A stretch of DNA of 20,000 nucleotides from Pseudomonadota bacterium (lineage in GTDB: Bacteria > Desulfobacterota > Desulfobacteria > Desulfobacterales > JBDRRP01): positions 47,538-67,537 of the forward strand of contig JBDRRP010000105.1 of NCBI GenBank assembly GCA_043825735.1, written 5' to 3'. Below are positions 8,452 through 17,154 of the stretch, in pieces (the first letter of the stretch is position 1; each line of letters starts with the position of its first letter). The notes below the pieces were generated by a model, which was given only the letters and a program-made list of their open reading frames with translations, ran no database searches and was not told the origin of the DNA. The position numbers and the translations under genes are program-made.

Positions 8452-9192
8452 TCAATGCTCCGGCGTTTCGGCGGCGATGGCGGCACACGCCTCGGCCATT
8501 GTGGCTGCAAAGGGGAGCGTCTTGGGAACACCGATCATTTCCATGATGATCCTGAAATTCTCACACAACCCGGAGATGGCGACCGGAAGACCACGCTCCT
8601 TGAGATCGGCCAGCAGTCGTATGAACAGGTCGAGTCCGGCGCCGTTGAAGGACGCGTGAGGGGCAAATTCAAACACCACGCCCGGGCAGCCGGCAACATC
8701 ATCGGCCTGAGCGATGCGTCGCAGCGTCTCTTTACCGGAGGCATTGAGAACGCCCTCAATAAATACAACGGCGGGATGATCGACAGTGGTTGGCGTCGCG
8801 GTCACCCGGCACCGGCGGGCCTCGGGGTGGCGGATACGGTGCTCGGCCCGATCCAGAGCGGTCTGCAACGCGGTGCGACTCACCGGTTTATTGATAAAAT
8901 CGGTGGCATCGAGATTCAGGGCGCGCAGGACCAGATCCATGTCCCCGTGCCCCGTGATAACGATGACTTCGGTTTCCGGCGAGGCCGCCTTGATAGCCCT
9001 GAGGACATCGAACCCGTCGATGCCCGGCATCTTGAGATCGGTAAAAACCAGGGGCGGTTTTTCAGCACCAAACAGCGCGAGCCCGGTGTCGCCGTCCTCG
9101 GCGACAAGGACATCATAGCCGAAAGCCTTGAGAAACAGCCGAAACATGGTGAGCGTGGCTTTTTCATCATCGATGACCAAAACGCTTGGCAT
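8452..9192 (-). CDS. Response regulator with a receiver domain fused to a C-terminal STAS (anti-anti-sigma-like) domain
   Basis: GAGGAGG precedes ATG 9192 (MPSVLVIDDE). REC motifs FTDLKMPGIDG, VIVITGHG and DFINKP. The C-terminus VVFIEGVLN...VVFEF...SFNGAGL...VAISGL...F...G...FAATMAEA follows the STAS pattern. Confidence 0.8.
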   Translation of the reverse strand: MPSVLVIDDEKATLTMFRLFLKAFGYDVLVAEDGDTGLALFGAEKPPLVFTDLKMPGIDGFDVLRAIKAASPETEVIVITGHGDMDLVLRALNLDATDFINKPVSRTALQTALDRAEHRIRHPEARRCRVTATPTTVDHPAVVFIEGVLNASGKETLRRIAQADDVAGCPGVVFEFAPHASFNGAGLDLFIRLLADLKERGLPVAISGLCENFRIIMEMIGVPKTLPFAATMAEACAAIAAETPEH

Positions 9193-9271
9193 GGGAAAAG
9201 TCGACCTCCTCGTGGCTGACAGCGCCGGCAACGGCGGTGGGGCTGTGCGCTCGCCAATGTCGCGCGTCGGA

Positions 9272-9301
9272 TTGACAGATGGCTGCTTTATCCAATACCA
9301 T
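9272..9301 (+). promoter_or_regulatory. Putative sigma70 promoter for the STAND/BTAD regulator
   Basis: TTGACA (9272-9277)-N18-TACCAT (9296-9301), about 90 nt upstream of ATG 9392. Confidence 0.45.
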
Positions 9302-9391
9302 TTTGAACGGCACGACGGCAAGGCCCCGCGCCAGTATACACCGTGCCGCCGGGTTAACCGGTCGCGGCTTTTCCTCATTACGGAACCAGTG

Positions 9392-12300
9392 ATGCCACTG
9401 AACCTGACCAAAATCACCCCGCCGGTCACGCCGCACGTACTGCGCCGCCAGCTCCTTAACGCCCGTTTGGACGCCGCTCCTCAAAAACGGGTGGTGCTGG
9501 TACTGGGGCAGGCGGCCCAGGGAAAATCCACCCTGGTGGCGGATTATCTCTCCCAAAAGGATACGCCCGCGGCATGGCTTCATCTGGATAGCACGGATGC
9601 CGACCCCGTCAATTTCTTTTTACTCCTGGTCAATGCGCTGACCCTTGCCCTAAAAGGCATCACCGCCGACGTCCATCTGGCATCTCCCCCGGTGACCCTG
9701 GGACCAAAGGCCGGCCGCCAGCGCTACCGCGAGCGCATCGGCCGGCTGCTGCGCGATATCGCCGGGCCCTTCAACCTGGTCATGGACGGGATGGAATGCC
9801 TGCCGCCGGAGGCCCCCTCGCTCCAGCTCATCGACTGGGTGCTGGAGCGCCTGCCCGCCGATGCTACCGCCTATCTGATCAGCCGTACGCAGCCGGCATT
9901 GCGGCTGTCGCGGTTCCGGGTACGCCAGGAAATGATCCTGATCACCAACGCGGATCTGGCTTTCAGTGCCCAGGAAGCCGACGCATTCTTCCGCCGTCGC
10001 CTATCGGGCCCCCTCCGTCCAAAACACCTGAAAGACATCCATCGCGCAACCGAAGGCTGGGCCGGAGGCCTGGTACTGGCTGCGGAACTGATGGACCATG
10101 CCGGGTCGAAAAGCGACGGCCCCCGGCTGGCAAACATCTTGGAGCACACGTTTAGGGAGGAAACTCTGGCCTTTTTCTCGGAAGAAATCTTCGCGGCCCT
10201 GCCTGAAGAGACCCGGGCGTTTCTCGTTGCCGCCGCACTTCCTGAAACCATCGAGCCGCGTCTTCTCAACGGCGTCGTTGACACCCGCCTGGCCGAATCC
10301 CTCTTTGACGACCTGCTCCAGCGCAATCTCTTTATCCAGACGGTCGTCGATCCGGAATGCGGCATGCGATACCGGTTTCACCAATTGTTCCGGGATTTTC
10401 TCCTTACCCGATTTGAGCGCACCACCGCGCTGGACCAGCAGCAGCGGATCCTTTCGCGCCTAGCCGAAAACCTCGATGGTGAAGGCCGGGTTGAAGACGC
10501 CATCGGCTTTTATCACAGGGCCGGGCGCATCGATCGGGTGGCCGATGTCATCAAAAAAATCGGTACCGACCTGGTGGTCAGCGGGCGCATCGCCGACCTG
10601 CACCGCTACCTGGCATGGATTCCCGGAAATCACGCACCTCAGGACAACTGGCTCGCGTTTTACCGTATCCTGTGTCGCCGGCTGCGCAAGGGCCCCGGGG
10701 ACGTGGACGCCTTTACCGCGGTGAATCGCGCTTTCACCGCCGCCGGCGACACCAAAGGCATGCTGCTGTCAACGGCTTACCGTATCGAATCGGCCGTCTT
10801 TGCCGGCATCTCTTCGGACAAGGTCTTAGCGTGGATCGCAGACGCGGAATCACTGCTGAAATCGCTGCGCGGGCGTCGCTATTTTGCCTATGCCAAAACG
10901 CTGCTGTGGATGCAGGTCGGATTCGGCGCCATCGCCGCCGGCGGCAATACCCGCCGAGGCATCGCCGCCTGCGAGCAGGCCTGCCGGATGGCCGAGCGGA
11001 TCGGCGAGACCACCCTTCAAAACAATGCCGCCGTTATCGGTGCCTTCGGACATATCACCGCCGGTGATTTCGAGCGGGCGACGATCACGCTGGCGGCAGT
11101 GGGGTCAGCCATCGACGGCACCACCTACCCCGAATACCGCGCGCTCAGGCATATTCTGAGTCTGGAGCTGATGTTGATCGAAGGTCGTTTTACCGAGGCC
11201 GAAGCGCTTGTAAACACGCTTCAGCAGGAAATCGACACCCATGATCTGCTGTTTATCTACCCCTTGTTCATCGAGCAGGTGGGGCGTCTCAGGATCTGCC
11301 AGGGTGCCCTGGCGAGCGCCGATGTCCAGGTGCGCCACTTGGGTGACATCGCGGCCCTGACATCCAACCCGCTTCTGGAAGCACTGGCGCTGCGGCTGGA
11401 AGGTGCCGTCAGCTATCACAAGGGCCGGTATGTGGCCGCCGCAAGGCAACTGGCCGTGGCCGGGCAGCGGTTGACCGCGCACGATCCCGACTGTCACCAT
11501 GCCATCATGGTCGGGGTGCTGCAGGATGTCGTAGGGCGCCATGTAACACCGGACACCGATATCACGGCCCATCTGAGCGCCGCCCTGGCTGGGTTTATCA
11601 CGCCTGGAAACGCCGCCGCCGCAGCCGAAATCCATCTGGCCCTGGCGCTGGCTGCCGCCTCGGGAGCAACGGACGCGTCGATGCGGCCTCACCTGGAAGC
11701 TGGTTTCGCGATGATCTCCAAAAACGGTCAAAACGCTTTTTTACTGCTCAATCGCAGTGATGTCATCGCGGCCTGCCTTCTGGCCGCAGAAATATCGTCA
11801 ACCCCGGAGCTGACAGCAACGGCAACCGCGATAATGGACCGGGTCGTGGCACCCCTTCCCCCCGACGAGGCCTCCATAATTATGGCCGAACTGCGCGGCG
11901 TAACGCCCGGCGGCGGCAGCCGTGCGGATATCGCCACGGCCCCGCCACCCGCTTTGCTGCTGCATATCCGAACCTTCGGCGGTTTTTCGGTCTGCCGGGA
12001 TCAGACGAAGGCCATTGCCAGTCGGGACTGGGGTGGCGGCAAACCACGCAACCTGCTGAAGGCCATCATCGTCCACGGCGTGAGAGACATCCCCCGCGAG
12101 GTGCTCATGGAGGATCTGTGGCCGGAAAGCCCGCCGGAGGCCGGTGCCAAGCGCTTTAAAGTCACCCTCCACAGGCTTCGCAAAGTGCTGGAACCGGCAT
12201 TGAATCCGGCTCACGGGTCCCGCTATGTCCATCTCACAGATAACCGGGTGTCCCTGGACCCGGCTTTTTGCCGGGTGGATGTGGAACAGTTTCTCGATGC

Positions 12301-12724
12301 CTATAAAGCCTTCAACCGCAGCAGGGTGTCTGCAGACACTGATTCCATGATGCGCGCCGGCCGCGCCGCCACCGATATCTACCATGGAGAATTTCTGCCA
12401 GAAGAGCCGTATGCACCATGGGTCGAGATCAAGCGGGCCGCGCTGCGCAACCACTATCTGGAAATGCTTCAAGTCATGGGCGATGCGTACCGGCAGCAGG
12501 GAGACACCGAAGGGGCCATTGCCTGTTTCCAGGCCATCGTCCACACTGACCCCGGTGTGGAGACGGCCCAGCGGCGACTGATGGCCCTCTACCGCGATCT
12601 GGGGCGGCGCCACGAAGCCATCCGCATTTATGAAATCTACCGCACCTACGCGGAATCGTTTCTCGGAATCCCCCCGGAAGAAGCCACCACCGCCCTGTAC
12701 CGCCGGATCGTACACCGCACGTAA
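9392..12724 (+). CDS. Large ATP-binding transcriptional regulator: MalT-like STAND NTPase, TPR-like region, C-terminal winged-helix and BTAD (SARP-type) module
   Basis: The N-terminus MPLNLTKITPP resembles the MalT start, so ATG 9392 is preferred over 9128, which overlaps the divergent gene. Walker A GQAAQGKST, Walker B LVMDG, EGWAGGL and YRFHQLFRDFL. C-terminal IRTFGGFSV, LMEDLWPE, VTLHRLRKVLEP, VDVEQF, YHGEFLPEE and LMALY..LG...EAIRIYE...LGIPP. Confidence 0.85.
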   Translation: MPLNLTKITPPVTPHVLRRQLLNARLDAAPQKRVVLVLGQAAQGKSTLVADYLSQKDTPAAWLHLDSTDADPVNFFLLLVNALTLALKGITADVHLASPPVTLGPKAGRQRYRERIGRLLRDIAGPFNLVMDGMECLPPEAPSLQLIDWVLERLPADATAYLISRTQPALRLSRFRVRQEMILITNADLAFSAQEADAFFRRRLSGPLRPKHLKDIHRATEGWAGGLVLAAELMDHAGSKSDGPRLANILEHTFREETLAFFSEEIFAALPEETRAFLVAAALPETIEPRLLNGVVDTRLAESLFDDLLQRNLFIQTVVDPECGMRYRFHQLFRDFLLTRFERTTALDQQQRILSRLAENLDGEGRVEDAIGFYHRAGRIDRVADVIKKIGTDLVVSGRIADLHRYLAWIPGNHAPQDNWLAFYRILCRRLRKGPGDVDAFTAVNRAFTAAGDTKGMLLSTAYRIESAVFAGISSDKVLAWIADAESLLKSLRGRRYFAYAKTLLWMQVGFGAIAAGGNTRRGIAACEQACRMAERIGETTLQNNAAVIGAFGHITAGDFERATITLAAVGSAIDGTTYPEYRALRHILSLELMLIEGRFTEAEALVNTLQQEIDTHDLLFIYPLFIEQVGRLRICQGALASADVQVRHLGDIAALTSNPLLEALALRLEGAVSYHKGRYVAAARQLAVAGQRLTAHDPDCHHAIMVGVLQDVVGRHVTPDTDITAHLSAALAGFITPGNAAAAAEIHLALALAAASGATDASMRPHLEAGFAMISKNGQNAFLLLNRSDVIAACLLAAEISSTPELTATATAIMDRVVAPLPPDEASIIMAELRGVTPGGGSRADIATAPPPALLLHIRTFGGFSVCRDQTKAIASRDWGGGKPRNLLKAIIVHGVRDIPREVLMEDLWPESPPEAGAKRFKVTLHRLRKVLEPALNPAHGSRYVHLTDNRVSLDPAFCRVDVEQFLDAYKAFNRSRVSADTDSMMRAGRAATDIYHGEFLPEEPYAPWVEIKRAALRNHYLEMLQVMGDAYRQQGDTEGAIACFQAIVHTDPGVETAQRRLMALYRDLGRRHEAIRIYEIYRTYAESFLGIPPEEATTALYRRIVHRT

Positions 12725-12749
12725 TCCGGCGCCCCGTTACGCCCGATAT

Positions 12750-12885
12750 TTTTGATCACCACGAGATCACGAAGGACACGAAGGTTTTCTATCCAATCCT
12801 TATTTTTGGTCTTTCTTCGTGCACTTCGTGACCTTCGTGACCTTCGTGGTTCACATTCGGGGTTGCGGGTATAAATCAGCTTCCG
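12750..12885. repeat. Palindromic element with 9-bp-period CACGAAG/CTTCGTG tandem repeats (copy A)
   Basis: CACGAAG-like units at 12760 (degenerate), 12768 and 12777; CTTCGTG units at 12815, 12824, 12833 and 12842; AT-rich spacer. Homologous to the reverse complement of 18021-18146. Confidence 0.85.
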
Positions 12886-12907
12886 AATATCAAGCGGGAA
12901 CCAAAAT

Positions 12908-12925
12908 TGTAACCCTTTCGTAACC
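12908..12925 (+). promoter_or_regulatory. Candidate winged-helix (SARP/OmpR-type) operator: GTAACC-N5-GTAACC
   Basis: TGTAACCCTTTCGTAACC, with GTAACC at 12909 and 12920 (11-bp period), located between the BTAD regulator and fdhA. Confidence 0.45.
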
Positions 12926-13162
12926 AACCCCCTGTTATCGGCGGTGCAGGGCATCGGAATGGCCATGTCCGAGCGATGCCCCGGCCCTTTCCGGCGGTGG
13001 CCTTTTCAGGAGCGGCACCTCCGAAATTCGCGCCGGAAAGGGCATTTTCCCTGACATTTGCGAGGGGCTGCCCACAGGCCTCCCCTCAAGCAGTGAAACA
13101 CGCAACCAGTGCCTTTCCACCGGTGGGATGGGCACTCACTTACACCAGGAAGGAGAATAGGG

Positions 13163-16100
13163 ATGGACGTCAATCGTCGACAATTTGTCCAAGTCTCCGG
13201 CGCAGCGGCGGCCTGTCTTGCAGCGAGCGGTATGGGATTTGACCTATCTCCGGTCAAAGCACATGCCCAGATGCTCAAGACCCAGTACGCCAAGGAGACC
13301 CTCACCATCTGCTGCTATTGTGCAGTGGGCTGCGGCGCCATCGTTCACACCAGCACCAGGGGCGATGGCCGCGCCATCAACATCGAGGGCGATCCGGAGC
13401 ACGTCATCAACCGGGGGGCGCTCTGTTCCAAGGGGGCATCGCTCATTCAACTGGTCGAAAACGAAAACCGGATCACGGAGCCCATGTACCGGGCACCGAA
13501 CTCGGGCGAGTGGAAAACGGTCTCCTGGGACTGGGCCCTGACCGAAATCGCCAAACGGGTGAAGGCCACCCGTGACGCCTCCTTCGAGGCCAAGAACGCA
13601 AAGGGGCAGGTGGTCAACCGCACCACCGCCATCGCATCGGTGGGCAGTGCTGCCCTGGACAATGAGGAGTGCTGGACCTACCAGGCCCTCATGCGGGCCC
13701 TGGGGCTGGTGTACATCGAACACCAGGCCAGGATCTGACACAGCGCCACAGTTGCGGCTCTGGCAGAGTCGTTCGGACGCGGTGCGATGACCAACCACTG
13801 GATCGATATCAAAAACAGCGACTGTATCCTCATCATGGGAAGCAACGCCGCTGAAAACCACCCCATTTCCTTCAAGTACGTCACCGAGGCACAGAAAAAC
13901 GGCGCCACGCTCATCAGCGTGGACCCCCGGTTCACCCGCACATCCTCGAAGGCCGACATCTATGCCCCCCTGCGCTCGGGCACGGACATCGCCTTTCTGG
14001 GCGGGATGATCAAATACATCCTCGACAATAAACGCTATCATGAAGAATACGTGGCCAATTACACCAACGCCGCCTTCATCGTGGGAAAGGACTTTGGCTT
14101 CAAAGACGGCCTCTTTGCCGGATACGACGCCAAGACACACGCCTACGACAAGAAAAAGTGGGCGTTCGAGATGGACGCCAACGGTGTCCCCAAAATGGAC
14201 CGCAGCCTTAAAGACAGCCGCTGCGTCATGCGGCTGCTGCAAAAACACTACGATCGCTACAACACCAAGCTGGTCTCCGCGATCACCGGCACGCCCGAGC
14301 CCCTGCTCAAGCAGATTTACGAGACCTACGCCGCCACCGGAAAACCCGGCAAGGCGGCCACCATCATGTACGCCATGGGCTGGACCCAGCACACCACCGG
14401 CACCCAGAACATCCGCACCATGGCCATCATCCAGTTGCTTTTGGGCAACATGGGTGTGGCCGGCGGCGGCGTCAACGCGCTTCGCGGCGAATCCAACGTG
14501 CAAGGCTCCACCGACCACTGCCTGCTGTGGCACATCTGGCCTGGTTACCTGAAAACGCCCCGGTCCAGCGACACTTCGCTGGCGGCCTACAATGAAAAAT
14601 ACACCCCCGTCAGCAAGGACCCGCTGAGCGCCAACTGGTGGCAGAACTATCCCAAGTATTCCGTCAGCCTGCTCAAGAGCTTTTTCGGGGATGCGGGAAC
14701 GCCGGAAAACGAATTCGGCTACAACTGGCTGCCCAAAGTGGATGACGGCGTCCCCTATTCATGGCTCGATATCTTCGATGCCATGTACGACGGCAAGATC
14801 AAGGCGATGTTCGCCTGGGGCATGAACCCGGCCTGCTCGGGCTCCAATGCCGGCAAGAACCGCCAGGCCATGGCCAACCTGGACTGGATGGTCAACGTCA
14901 ACCTCTTCGACAACGAGACCGGCTCGTTCTGGAAAGGGCCTGGGATGGACCCGGCGAAGGTCAAGACCGAAGTCTTCATGCTGCCGGCGGCAGCCTCCAT
15001 CGAAAAGGAAGGCAGCATCACCAACAGCGGCCGCTGGATGCAGTGGCGCTATCAGGGCCCCAAACCCCTGGGCAACAGCCGGCCGGACGGCGACATCATC
15101 CTGGAATTCGGCCGCAAGCTGAAGGAAGCCTACGCCCATGGCGGCACCTTCCCCGAGCCCATCTTAAACCTCAAATGGGATTATCTCACCGACGGCGCCT
15201 ACGACTCACACAAGGTGGCCAAGGAAATCAACGGCTACTTCCTCAAGGATGTCGATATCAAGGGCACCGTATACAAAAAAGGCACCCTGGTGCCGAGCTT
15301 CGCCTTTCTCCAGGCCGACGGATCCACCTCTTCGGCCAACTGGCTCTACTGCAACAGTTACACGGAAAAGGGGAACATGGCGGCCCGCCGCGGCCAGGAG
15401 GACGCTCCCAACAAGATCGGCCTCTATCCGGGATTCTCCTGGTGCTGGCCGGTCAACCGGCGCATCATCTACAATCGCGCGTCGGTGGATCCTGCGGGAA
15501 AGCCCTGGAACAAAGACCGGTGGGTCATCGAGTGGACCGGTGAAAAATGGATCGGCGACGTGCCCGACGGCGGGTGGCCGCCGCTGGTGGGTGCCGACGG
15601 CAAGCCCAACCCCAAGAGCAAGTATGCCTTCATCATGCAAAAGCACGGCCACGCCCAGATCTTCGGTCCCGGCCTCAACGACGGCCCCTTCCCCGAGCAC
15701 TACGAACCCCTGGAGTGCCCGGTGGAAGAAAACGCGATGAACAAGCAGCGCATCAATCCTACCGCACCGGTGTTTTCCGGCAAGGCGGACGAGTACGCTT
15801 CTTGCGATCCGCGGTTTCCTTTCGTAGCCACCACTTACCGGGTCAGCGAGCACTGGCAGACCGGCCTGATGACCCGCTACCAGCCCTATCTCATGGAACT
15901 CCAGCCGCAAATGTTCGTGGAAATGAGCGTAGAGTTGGCCAAACTGAAAGGGATCACCAACGGTCAGCGGGTCATGGTCAGCTCCGCGCGCGGCAAGGTG
16001 GAATGCACGGCCATCGTCACCCAGCGCTTCAAGCCGTTCAAAATCGGCAAGAGCGTGGTTCACCAGGTGGGCATGCCCTGGCATTACGGCTGGCGAACGC

Positions 16101-16210
16101 CCGTCAGCGGCAAGGAGGAGAGCGCCAATCTGCTCACCCCGTCAACCGGAGACCCCAATACCCGGATCCCCGAAACCAAGGCCTTCATGGTCAACATCGT
16201 GAAGGTGTGA
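13163..16210 (+). CDS. fdhA: Formate dehydrogenase alpha subunit, selenocysteine-containing, Tat-exported (Mo/W-bisPGD); in-frame UGA at 13736-13738 = Sec192
   Basis: RBS GGAAGGAG precedes ATG 13163. Tat motif NRRQFV. Fe-S motif CCYCAVGC...LCSKG. IEHQARI-[TGA]-HSATVAALAESFGRGAMTNHW joins ORFs 13109..13738 and 13787..16210 in one frame (1015 aa). Also NALRGESNVQG and C-terminal PETKAFMVNI. Confidence 0.96.
13739..13775 (+). promoter_or_regulatory. Bacterial SECIS element for Sec recoding
   Basis: Hairpin GCGGCTCT-GGC-AGAGTCGT (13754-13772) starts 15 nt after the UGA and has a G-containing apical loop. Confidence 0.75.
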
Positions 16211-16226
16211 AAGGAGGTGGTCTGAA

Positions 16227-16949
16227 ATGAGCAAGGCCTTTTTTATAGACACGACAGTGTGCACGGCATGCCGCGGCTGCCAGGTGGCCTGCAAGCAGTG
16301 GCACAATCAGCCGGCCGAGGAGACCACCAACCGGGGCACCTATGAGAACCCGCCGGATCTTTCCTTCGACACCTTCAAGCTGGTCCGAATGCGCGAGGAG
16401 GTCATCGATGGTCAGCTCCGGTGGCTGTTCTTTCCCGAGCAGTGCCGTCACTGCATCGAGCCCCCGTGCGCGGAGGCCGTCAATGATCCGGCGGCCATCT
16501 ACCGCGACAGCGCCACCGGTGCGGTGCTCTACACCGCAAAGACCCGGGAACTGGATCCCCAATCCGTAAAGGACTCGTGCCCCTACAACATCCCCCGGGC
16601 CGCCACCGACGGCACCATCGCCAAATGCGACATGTGCCACGACCGGGTCGTCAACGGGCTGCTGCCGGCCTGCGTTAAAACCTGCCCCACCGGCGCCATG
16701 AATTTTGGCGATCTGGAGGAGATGAGCGCGCTGGCCAAGGCGCGGCTGGAAGCCGTAAAAAAGAAGTATCCCCAAGCGCGGCTGATCGACGTGGGCGTTG
16801 TCCGCGTGATGTATCTGGTCGCCTTCGATCCGAAGAAGTACTTCGAGTACGCCTTGGGGCCGCAGGCACCGGGCACCGGAATCACCCGCCATGCGGCACT
16901 GCGCCGGATGGTCGAGCCCTTCACCCGGGCGGTTTCCCGCATGGGATAA
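16227..16949 (+). CDS. fdhB: Formate dehydrogenase beta (Fe-S) subunit
   Basis: RBS AAGGAGG. Motifs CTACRGCQVACKQW, CRHCIEPPC, SCPYNIP, CDMC and PACVKTCPTGAM. Directly follows fdhA. Confidence 0.93.
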   Translation: MSKAFFIDTTVCTACRGCQVACKQWHNQPAEETTNRGTYENPPDLSFDTFKLVRMREEVIDGQLRWLFFPEQCRHCIEPPCAEAVNDPAAIYRDSATGAVLYTAKTRELDPQSVKDSCPYNIPRAATDGTIAKCDMCHDRVVNGLLPACVKTCPTGAMNFGDLEEMSALAKARLEAVKKKYPQARLIDVGVVRVMYLVAFDPKKYFEYALGPQAPGTGITRHAALRRMVEPFTRAVSRMG

Positions 16950-16969
16950 CGCCTTCGTGACCACCAATG

Positions 16970-17005
16970 GGGGGGGTGGGGCCGAAAGGCCGCACCCCCC
17001 CTTTT
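16970..17005 (+). terminator. Rho-independent terminator after fdhB
   Basis: G7-TG-GGGCC-GAAA-GGCCG-CA-C7 hairpin followed by TTTT. Confidence 0.75.
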
Positions 17006-17052
17006 CATACCGCATGGATTCTGATAGCCTCAAGCCGCGGTTTGGCCGGCAG

Positions 17053-17106
17053 TTTTGATGAATCCGTTAGCTTTGCGAGCGATTCGGACTTTTTACAGGA
17101 CCATCA
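17053..17106. repeat. Short REP-like element related to 4284-4392
   Basis: TGATGAATCCGT...CTTTGCGAG...CTTTTTACAGGACCATCA, with TGATG/CATCA inverted ends. Shares GATGAATCCGT (reverse complement at 4382-4392) and a CTTTTT(T)AC motif with the 4284 element. Confidence 0.45.
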
Positions 17107-17154
17107 GTCTTAAGCCCTCCGCACCATCACTGATGATTCCCCCCGGGAGAGAAC

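Noticed and set aside
9128..9429. Longer ORF-track starts for the STAND regulator (9128) and the response regulator (9429)
   Set aside because: The two extensions would overlap head-to-head. Domain boundaries, the RBS and a promoter candidate favour ATG 9392 and ATG 9192.
12750..12852. CRISPR-like appearance of the CACGAAG/CTTCGTG repeats (also 18053-18146)
   Set aside because: The units are 7 bp with a 9-bp period, there are no unique 25-45-bp spacers, and no cas genes are present.
12960..12974. TGGC-N9-GC spacing resembling a sigma54 promoter upstream of fdhA
   Set aside because: Only the GG and GC dinucleotides match; TGGCAC and TTGC are absent, so chance is likely in GC-rich DNA.
13109..13738. 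Apparent separate short gene or fdhA pseudogene caused by the TGA
   Set aside because: The TGA falls at the conserved Sec position with a SECIS-like hairpin and the frame continues.
16952..16962. CCTTCGTGACC just after the fdhB stop, identical to a unit of repeat copy A
   Set aside because: It is a single 11-bp match with no tandem units or partner arm and cannot be told from chance.
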